From: Candidatus Omnitrophota bacterium
GTDB lineage: Bacteria; Omnitrophota; Gorgyraeia; Gygaellales; Gygaellaceae
Direction of reading: 5' to 3'
NCBI GenBank assembly: GCA_018400015.1
Contig: JAGYNB010000001.1
Span: 264,124-328,123 of the forward strand
Length of the DNA stretch: 64,000 bases
The notes under the pieces were generated by a model. That model was not told the DNA's origin and did not search any database. It was given only the letters and a program-made list of their open reading frames with translations. This document shows positions 30,347 through 38,021 of the stretch, piece by piece. The position numbers and the translations under genes are program-made. Each line of letters begins with the position of its first letter. The first letter of the stretch is position 1.

Positions 30347-33300
30347 GCTGTTAGTAAAAGGTATTAATAGCGAAAAGCATGCCTTTGCAGGTCCTAAAAT
30401 AGTACAGATTGATCTTACGGGTAAATGTAATAATAGTTGTATAGGCTGCTGGGTGCACTCTCCTTATATAAAAAACCCACCTAGAGACAAGAATGCAGTG
30501 CTTTCATTTGAAAGAATATCGAGATTAATAGATAATTTGGCACAGTTGGGTACGCGTGAGATTTTTTTATCAGGGGCAGGTGAACCTTTTTTGCATCCTG
30601 AAGTTTTCAGGATTATCGAGGCAATAAAAGCAAAAGGTTTAAAACTTAATATAATTACCAATTTTAGTTTGATCAATAGAAGAAATGCAGAGAAGTTGGT
30701 TGATTTGAAAGTAGATATGATTACAGCAAGCATTTGGGGAGGTGATGAGGACACCTATATAAAAACTCACCCAGGTAAATCCGCAAATGATTTTGCGGCA
30801 ATCAGAAACAATATTAAAACACTGTCGCAAATAAAGAATAAAAATAATGTTTTTTTCCCTCATGTTAAGATTTTTAATGTTATTTGCAATTTGAATTGCA
30901 ACAATATACATAGTATGATCGATTTTGCTTTGGAGGCCGAGGCAGAATCTATTGAATTTCAAATCATGGATATCGTCGAAGGCTCTACTGATTTTTTAAG
31001 GTTGTCATCAGATGATATCAATATTATTAAACAGCAATTTTGTACACTTTTTGAACGAAATGATCTGTTTTTTAGAGATATAAATGAATATAATGCAGAA
31101 AATAGCAGATCTCAAGAATTATTTGAATTTTCAGGAAGGTTTATCAAGATACCCGTTGGTTTTCGTTTAGAAGAGAAGATTGAATGTACCGAAGGTAAGA
31201 ATATTTGTTTGCGTTCCTTAATCTGTCCCTCCGGATTTACCAGTTTGCCTTCTGAATCCAATCCGTTAGTCAAAGAGGACTGCAATAAGATTATTTTTAA
31301 GCGCAGCAAAGAGGAGTGTATGAACTGCAGGCATTTTAAAACAGATTGTCCTGTAAATAGAGATTTCGATATTCCCTTTAAGTATCTTCAGGTTCTTGGA
31401 CATTATCCGTTTATGAGAAGAATTAATTCTGCGGATATATATAAAAAAGAATATGAGCGTGATTTTATTGATAAATTACCTTGTTACATCGGATGGATAT
31501 ATTCTCGAGTCATATCTACGGGAGACGTTATTCCATGTTGCAAAGCGATTAATAAACCGTTGGGTAATATCAATAAAGAATATTTCAAAGAGATATGGGA
31601 CTCACAAGATTACCAAGAATTCCGGTTTAATGCCAAAAATCTGTCAAAAGCTGATGGTTATTTTAATGAAATTGATTGTTTTAAATCATGTGATAACGTG
31701 GGAATGAATATTCAGATTATTGATAATTTATCCAAAATTAATCTGGAAAAAGATCATGGTTGTAAGCTCGAAGCTGTTTATAATGGAGCAAAGTTGTATA
31801 AAAAACTGCCTCAAGCAGAGCAACAAATAATAGTAATGGCAAATTCATTCCATAACGGAAATCTTAATAAATACACCGACGAATTCGGAAAAGGCGTAGT
31901 AATCGATGGCGGATTTAAATATGGTTATGCTGAGTATGAGGTAGACTTTACTAATTCTGGGATTTATGAATTATGGTTATGTTATGCCAGCAATGAGAAA
32001 AGAGGGTTAAAGATATATATTGATGGACAGTTAGTTAAGGATAAAGCAGCTGATTATATAACCGGTGGTTGGGATAAAAGTCATTTAATTTGGAGTAAAG
32101 AACTAAAGATTTCTAACATAAAAGGCAAGCATTATATAAAGTTTGCATCGAATAATGTTTTTCCCCATATACATAGTTTTGTTTTTTTATCGAATGTAAA
32201 AAGAGAAGATTCTGATTTGATTGAATGCGGTTGTGAACAGATTTATGATGGAAAATTTCCATTCGGTGTTTTACGTGAAAAAATTAAGCGAAATGGAATA
32301 ATAATTGCATTCCGGTCTTTAGCTAAGTATATCTTGTCAGGAAAGTTTTTGAATAGCTATCTTGATATTTTGGGCATTTTTAATGGCAGTTATGCATTCA
32401 AAGGCCCTTTTCATGTGCAAATTGATCTTACTTATCGGTGTAACAATGATTGTATTGGTTGTTGGTGTAACTCACCGCTTCTTGGAGAAAAACGGATAAC
32501 AAACGAGAAGAAAAACGAAACGTTGCCTTATCCGTTAGTGATTGATTTGTTGGATGAGATTTCAGCAATGGGTGTTAAGGAAATTTATTTTTCAGGCGGA
32601 GGAGAGCCTTTTATGCATCCGAATATATTCGAAATCTTAGAATATGCAAAATCAAAGAAGCTATTATGTTATATTAATACCAATTTTACTCTTTTGGACA
32701 AAGAGAAAATTAACAAACTTATTGAGTTGGGCATAGATCATTTGACTGTGAGTACTTGGGCGGCAACCGCACAGACTTATGCAAAAACGCATCCTAACAA
32801 GAACGAAGATACTTTTAATACTATTCGCGAGAACTTAAAGTTTCTTAATAGTGTTAAAAAAACAAAACCTCATATAAAACTTTATAATGTTATATTTAAT
32901 TATAATTATCATGAGTTAAAAGAGATGATCTTATTTGCAAAGGATACGGGTTGTGAATCGGTAGAGTTTACTGTTCTTGATACGATTCCCGGGAAAACGG
33001 ATAGACTGCTTTTAAATAAGGAGCAGATCAAGGAACTCGAAGAATCTGTGATCCAAATTAAGGCGGGTATAGACAGCAAAGGTTTATATGAGGGAGTGTT
33101 GTTGTTTCGGTTTGAATCGTTTTTAAGAAGGATTTCCTCGCGTGAGGATTTATCTAATGCAACGTACGATAGGAATATTATCGATAAAATTCCCTGTTAT
33201 ATCGGATGGTGTTTTTCACGCATTATGCCAAATGGCGATGTTAATGCATGTTTAAAGGCGCATCGCATACCCAGCGGTAATTTATTTCAGCAGAACTTCA

Positions 33301-34661
33301 GGGAGATTTGGAATGGCGATAAACAGATATTTTTTCGAAAAAAAACTTTAGTGAAAGAGAAGAAGGGAGAGTTTTTTACTCTTATTGGCAATGATCTGGA
33401 CATTAAAGAAGCAGGTTGTTATAAAAGTTGTGATGATATCGGAAGAAATATATATATGCATAATAGAATAATGTCTTTAACCCTTGTTGAGAGATTTTTT
33501 CTTAAGATTTTGTCAAAGATATTCAAAAAACCGCCAGTGTCCAAAGAGAACAAAATTCTTAAAAATAACGATTTGATAAGAAAAGGTATCTTAACGAAAC
33601 GTAAGGCATTTGTCGGGCCAGAACAGGTGGTGGTTGATATTACTAATCGTTGTAATTTAAGATGTGTTGCCTGCTGGTTGTATTCTCCTGTATTAAAGAA
33701 TCCTCCGAAAAGCGATATTTTATCTGCAGAGTTATCTTTCGATCGTTTATCCGGTTTAATTAAAGAGCTTGCGGCTATGGGTACAAAAAGAATAAGATTT
33801 ACCGGAGGAGGAGAGCCTTTTTTGTATTCTCGTATTTTTGATGCTATAGCCTTAGCCAAACAAAGAAAATTGATTTGTTCTGTGACAACAAATTTTACGT
33901 TATTAAATAAGAAAAAGATCGATGAATTGATTAAGCTTGGTATTGATGAACTTACTGTAAGTCTTTGGGCTTCAAACGAGGATAATTACAGGATAATGCA
34001 TCCGGGCTGTGCTCAGGATATGTTTAAAATGATAGACGATAATTTAGATATGCTTATACAAAATAAAAAAAAGAAACCTTTTGTTACTGCGGCCAATGTG
34101 ATATCCAATCTTAACTATCGATATCTTGAGCAGATGTTCGATTTTGCTGTAAAAAAAGGGTTGGATTCGGTCTACTTTACATTGCTTGATCCTTTAGAAG
34201 GTACAGATGAACTACTTTTGGATTCAGGGCAAAAGAAAGATGTTTTAAAACAGTGTGAGAATATAAAAAGAAAAATTAAACTGTTTTCATCAGAAAAAAG
34301 AATTGAATTGCATTATTTTGATGGTTTTATATCGAGGCTTACTCAATCTCAATCAAGAGACGGTAATTATGATAAACAAAGGGTCCAAGGCGTACCTTGT
34401 TATGCAGGATGGTTGTTTGCGAGGATAATGGCGGATGGGTCTGTGTCTCCTTGCTGTCGGGCAGTAAAGAAAACAATGGGCAACATCAATAAAAATTGTT
34501 TTAAGGATATTTGGTTCTCGCGAATATATAATGAGTTTAGATCCAAAGCACTGCTTTTAGATAAAGCCGATATTTATTTTAAAGATATAGGATGTTTTAA
34601 AACATGCGATAATCTAATGCATAATGAACATATGCATAATATTCTAACATATGGAAAGTAA
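30339..34661 (+). CDS. Giant tri-modular radical SAM/SPASM(twitch)-domain protein with internal beta-sandwich (CBM-like) insert
   Basis: 1440 aa; three tandem modules, each with a CxxxCxxC motif (CNNSCIGC, CNNDCIGC, CNLRCVAC) and an SPASM-like tail (PCYIGW/PCYAGW...GDVxPCC/NAC...GN(I/L)...EIW). Residues ~470-625 (nt ~31746-32214) form an extra Trp/Tyr-rich putative carbohydrate-binding insert. Confidence 0.75.
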   Translation: MDKLLVKGINSEKHAFAGPKIVQIDLTGKCNNSCIGCWVHSPYIKNPPRDKNAVLSFERISRLIDNLAQLGTREIFLSGAGEPFLHPEVFRIIEAIKAKGLKLNIITNFSLINRRNAEKLVDLKVDMITASIWGGDEDTYIKTHPGKSANDFAAIRNNIKTLSQIKNKNNVFFPHVKIFNVICNLNCNNIHSMIDFALEAEAESIEFQIMDIVEGSTDFLRLSSDDINIIKQQFCTLFERNDLFFRDINEYNAENSRSQELFEFSGRFIKIPVGFRLEEKIECTEGKNICLRSLICPSGFTSLPSESNPLVKEDCNKIIFKRSKEECMNCRHFKTDCPVNRDFDIPFKYLQVLGHYPFMRRINSADIYKKEYERDFIDKLPCYIGWIYSRVISTGDVIPCCKAINKPLGNINKEYFKEIWDSQDYQEFRFNAKNLSKADGYFNEIDCFKSCDNVGMNIQIIDNLSKINLEKDHGCKLEAVYNGAKLYKKLPQAEQQIIVMANSFHNGNLNKYTDEFGKGVVIDGGFKYGYAEYEVDFTNSGIYELWLCYASNEKRGLKIYIDGQLVKDKAADYITGGWDKSHLIWSKELKISNIKGKHYIKFASNNVFPHIHSFVFLSNVKREDSDLIECGCEQIYDGKFPFGVLREKIKRNGIIIAFRSLAKYILSGKFLNSYLDILGIFNGSYAFKGPFHVQIDLTYRCNNDCIGCWCNSPLLGEKRITNEKKNETLPYPLVIDLLDEISAMGVKEIYFSGGGEPFMHPNIFEILEYAKSKKLLCYINTNFTLLDKEKINKLIELGIDHLTVSTWAATAQTYAKTHPNKNEDTFNTIRENLKFLNSVKKTKPHIKLYNVIFNYNYHELKEMILFAKDTGCESVEFTVLDTIPGKTDRLLLNKEQIKELEESVIQIKAGIDSKGLYEGVLLFRFESFLRRISSREDLSNATYDRNIIDKIPCYIGWCFSRIMPNGDVNACLKAHRIPSGNLFQQNFREIWNGDKQIFFRKKTLVKEKKGEFFTLIGNDLDIKEAGCYKSCDDIGRNIYMHNRIMSLTLVERFFLKILSKIFKKPPVSKENKILKNNDLIRKGILTKRKAFVGPEQVVVDITNRCNLRCVACWLYSPVLKNPPKSDILSAELSFDRLSGLIKELAAMGTKRIRFTGGGEPFLYSRIFDAIALAKQRKLICSVTTNFTLLNKKKIDELIKLGIDELTVSLWASNEDNYRIMHPGCAQDMFKMIDDNLDMLIQNKKKKPFVTAANVISNLNYRYLEQMFDFAVKKGLDSVYFTLLDPLEGTDELLLDSGQKKDVLKQCENIKRKIKLFSSEKRIELHYFDGFISRLTQSQSRDGNYDKQRVQGVPCYAGWLFARIMADGSVSPCCRAVKKTMGNINKNCFKDIWFSRIYNEFRSKALLLDKADIYFKDIGCFKTCDNLMHNEHMHNILTYGK

Positions 34662-36042
34662 TAATTTAATTAGTTATTTGGATGTATTTTTCCAAAAAGA
34701 TTGCTTTGAAAGAATAAATTCAATTATTGATCCGGATAGCCTTCAATTTAAGCCTGCCAAAGAAGTTTACGAAGATTTAAGATATTATGTGTCTAGATTT
34801 AAGACTAACAAATTCGAATTTAACAGTTATTGCAATTTAAATACGGGTTTTCTATCAAAATTGTGCGATTTGATTATTAACGCTGATTTCTGTATCAAGT
34901 GGTCGAGCCCCGCAGTTTTCAAAAAGGATTTTAACGAAGATAATATTCTACAATTAAAGAAATCAGGATGTTATAGACTTGTTTTTGATTTGTTCTCTGC
35001 ATCGGATAATTTTCTTGAAAGAATGAAAATACCTTTTGACAGCCGAGTGGTTATAAATATATTGCAAAAGTGTAAAGAGCATGGGATTGATGTTGGAATT
35101 AGGTTGTTGTTTTATCATCCGCAGTCAGATATAACTGATTTTGATAACACATTGGAGTTTATTCGTTTAAATTCAGAATATATCAAGGAGATATCCTGCG
35201 TTGACTTATGTATTAGCTCTTTTTTGCGACAGCCTAGATGCAGGAATTTTTATTCCTGCAAAGGCGATAGTAATAATAATTATTCTTCTTTGGCTAAGCG
35301 CATCATGAAACCTTACCGCATAATCAAAGATTTAGGTATTCCGGCGGTTGTTTTTTCTCCATCTGAACAGCAGTTTGATTTAATCAATAGTTTCTTTACT
35401 CGCCACGTAATTTGTAACAGAAATTTATCTTTAGTTTTTGATGGCGGTTGTTGCCATATTTTCTGGAAGAATATGCGCTTAACTAAAGGTTTCGGAATAT
35501 ATACATCTATTTTTGCTTTAGGTAATTGGCAAGATTCTCGGCAGGTCGATTGGAAATTTGTCTGTAAAGACAATTCTAGCATAGTTGTTGTTGGCAATTG
35601 GAAATTCTTGCCTATAGTACAGCAATGGCGTATAGAGATGTTTGCTGAAAATAAGATTTCTTTTTGTGTAACTATGGAAATCAAGGATGGTATCATTATA
35701 GATGGTGAACAGCAGTTTAATGTCATGTTAGACTCAGTATATAAAAGCTGGTTTTTCTCTAAAGATCTTTCCAATATTTTTCCAGAATTTTTTAACAAAG
35801 AGTGGGTTAATTTATTTGAGAAAACAATTGAACACGCTGATTGTATTGGCGTTGAGGCAAATTCTGAAAAATTCCCTGATTTGAGATTGCGCTGCGATTT
35901 TTTCCATGGAAGAAAGCTGGCCGTATTGAACACGCCATTAGAGTTTAGTTCCAGAAAGCTTAAGGCATATTTTTTCGACATGAATAAAAAACCACCAGGG
36001 GAAATAGTTTATTTTAAAGGAGAGATTTTAATTGGCAAATAA
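34651..36042 (+). CDS. Degenerate radical-SAM-like (no CxxxCxxC) protein fused to Wzt-CTD-like domain
   Basis: 463 aa; residues ~90-190 align to the distal half of the B12-rSAM barrel of ORF 36032 (LKKSGCYRLVFDLFSASDNFLERM... vs KAGCTRLCYGIESASDDVLKRM...) but the Cys triad is absent. Residues ~255-380 carry NWQDSRQVDWKFV...WKFLPIVQQWRI...YKSWF. Confidence 0.5.
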   Translation: MESNNLISYLDVFFQKDCFERINSIIDPDSLQFKPAKEVYEDLRYYVSRFKTNKFEFNSYCNLNTGFLSKLCDLIINADFCIKWSSPAVFKKDFNEDNILQLKKSGCYRLVFDLFSASDNFLERMKIPFDSRVVINILQKCKEHGIDVGIRLLFYHPQSDITDFDNTLEFIRLNSEYIKEISCVDLCISSFLRQPRCRNFYSCKGDSNNNYSSLAKRIMKPYRIIKDLGIPAVVFSPSEQQFDLINSFFTRHVICNRNLSLVFDGGCCHIFWKNMRLTKGFGIYTSIFALGNWQDSRQVDWKFVCKDNSSIVVVGNWKFLPIVQQWRIEMFAENKISFCVTMEIKDGIIIDGEQQFNVMLDSVYKSWFFSKDLSNIFPEFFNKEWVNLFEKTIEHADCIGVEANSEKFPDLRLRCDFFHGRKLAVLNTPLEFSSRKLKAYFFDMNKKPPGEIVYFKGEILIGK

Positions 36043-38002
36043 TGTTTATGATGCTGCTTTAGTTATGATGCCTCCGTGGGAGCCTAAGATAGCGCCTTTA
36101 GGTCTTGCTTATATTGCTGAACATTTAAAAAGCAATGGGTTGAAAGTTAAGATTATTGATTTTAATCTGCGTCTTTATAAGCAGTCTGATGAGAGAAAGC
36201 GCATTTTTTGGAATATTTCCAACATTAACTTTATGCCTCTTCCGGAAATTACGGCCAGAATGTCAAGTTTATTTAAAAAAGAAATTGACGGTTTAACCGA
36301 TGAGCTTATTTCTTGTAACGCCGGTGTAATAGGTTTTTCTGTCAATATTACCAGTATTGGTCTTGCCGGCAAGATAAGTTCGATCATAAAGCAAAAGGAC
36401 AGCAGTAAAATAGTTGTTTTTGGGGGAACAGGTTGTTTTTGGCAAAATGATAGAGATAGTATTGCTAGAGAAGATTTGGCATCCATAGATGCTTTTGTGA
36501 TAGGGGAAGGAGAGGAAGCTTTCACAAAAATAGTCGAGAGTCGGGGAGAGTTAATTAACCAGCTTTCTTGTGTTCTCAGCAAAGAGCAGGGTTTTCAGAA
36601 TAGGGTAATGCCCTGTCATATTTCGGATATTAATTCTTTAAGTTTTCCTAAATTTGCTGATTTTGATTTGAATTCGTATTTAGATAAGCATGTACCGATG
36701 CTGATCAGCAGAGGATGTATAGGAGGATGTGTTTATTGCATTGACCGTTTAATGTGCGGTAAATATAGAGCAAGGGACGCAGAGAGTATTATCGAAGAAA
36801 TGCAATATCATATAAATTATAATAAAATCAACGATTTTGCTTTTAATGATTTGATATGCAACGGTGATCTCAGGCAGCTGGAGAAGCTATGTGATTTAAT
36901 TATCGCTTCCGGACTTAAAGTTGTATGGAATAGCTATGCAATGATACGTAAAGATATGACGAAGGATTTATTTGATAAGATGCATAAGGCGGGCTGCACA
37001 AGGTTATGTTATGGGATTGAGAGCGCTTCCGACGATGTATTAAAAAGAATGAATAAATTTTATCTTTCAGATGATGCCAAAAGGATAGTTCAATTAACTC
37101 ATGATGCGGGGATAAACACTGCTTTTAATGTTATAGTTGGTTTTCCCGGCGAAACAATGGAAGATTTTGAAGAAACAATTAGTTTTATTGTCGATAATCA
37201 CGCATCGATAAATGAAATAACTAATATATCAAGTTTTGCAGTAATGCAGAATTCAGTTTTAGGCAAAGATACAGAAAAGTTCGGTATAATTATTCCCGAA
37301 AATAAAGATCTAAACTATTTTGTTGATAATAGAGGGTTGGATTTAAACGGGAGAATTAAACGAGTTTATAAAACTGTATTTACATCCGTAATGCTGGGTA
37401 TTAAAAATGTTATTGTAAATGTACCAAGTTATAATATCAGTTCTGATAATAATTTGGTTATGATGATTAATTTACCTCCGGCACGTGTTGATATGCCGTG
37501 TTTAGGTCTGTTGAAGATGCACAATAAACTAAATATAGCGAATGTAAAGAAAATTATAAGGGATTCGAATATTGAGTTATTTCGGATGGTTAACGAGGAT
37601 GAAAAAAGATTATGGCTAACGGAAAATTATTTTTCTTGGTTAAAGCCAGAATTTCTATTGAAAGAATACAGCCATTTGAGTGATGTTTTTTTTCAATATA
37701 TAAACGATATTGTTTCTTCTGGCGCGGGGAGAATCTACTTTTTCATAAATAAGGAGAATTGGATGTTATCTTGTAAGATATCTAACTATCTTAAGAAGAT
37801 TAGGCCAGATCTATTACTTTTTTATAACCAGGATTCTTCCGAAGAATTTATTGCGATGGACGATATTGATTTTTGCAAGATTAAACCTTTTGTTGAAAGC
37901 TTTGAAAGAAAAGAAATCAAAGATAAACAACCATTAAAATATGATTTATTAGATTTAAGTTTATACGAAGATTTATGTTTACCTATAGACCTGATTAAAT
38001 AA
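36032..38002 (+). CDS. B12-binding radical SAM protein
   Basis: 656 aa; N-terminal B12-binding-like Rossmann (ALVMMPPWEPKIAPLGLAYI); SRGCIGGCVYC cluster; GIESASDDVL, IVGFPGET core motifs. Confidence 0.75.
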   Translation: MANNVYDAALVMMPPWEPKIAPLGLAYIAEHLKSNGLKVKIIDFNLRLYKQSDERKRIFWNISNINFMPLPEITARMSSLFKKEIDGLTDELISCNAGVIGFSVNITSIGLAGKISSIIKQKDSSKIVVFGGTGCFWQNDRDSIAREDLASIDAFVIGEGEEAFTKIVESRGELINQLSCVLSKEQGFQNRVMPCHISDINSLSFPKFADFDLNSYLDKHVPMLISRGCIGGCVYCIDRLMCGKYRARDAESIIEEMQYHINYNKINDFAFNDLICNGDLRQLEKLCDLIIASGLKVVWNSYAMIRKDMTKDLFDKMHKAGCTRLCYGIESASDDVLKRMNKFYLSDDAKRIVQLTHDAGINTAFNVIVGFPGETMEDFEETISFIVDNHASINEITNISSFAVMQNSVLGKDTEKFGIIIPENKDLNYFVDNRGLDLNGRIKRVYKTVFTSVMLGIKNVIVNVPSYNISSDNNLVMMINLPPARVDMPCLGLLKMHNKLNIANVKKIIRDSNIELFRMVNEDEKRLWLTENYFSWLKPEFLLKEYSHLSDVFFQYINDIVSSGAGRIYFFINKENWMLSCKISNYLKKIRPDLLLFYNQDSSEEFIAMDDIDFCKIKPFVESFERKEIKDKQPLKYDLLDLSLYEDLCLPIDLIK

Positions 38003-38021
38003 GCAAAAAAATAATAAAATT

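Noticed and set aside
33419-35981. Minus-strand ORFs 33419-33859 (146 aa) and 35313-35981 (222 aa)
   Set aside because: Antisense to the rSAM module 3 and to ORF 34651 respectively. No motifs. Plus-strand genes show clear domain homology.
30339-36042. Short precursor-peptide (RiPP) gene adjacent to the SPASM rSAMs
   Set aside because: Looked for small ORFs with RBS in and around the rSAM block that could be a RiPP substrate. Genes are overlapping or abutting with no room, and no candidate was seen. This supports a non-peptide (glycan) substrate but cannot be excluded without a search of both flanks.
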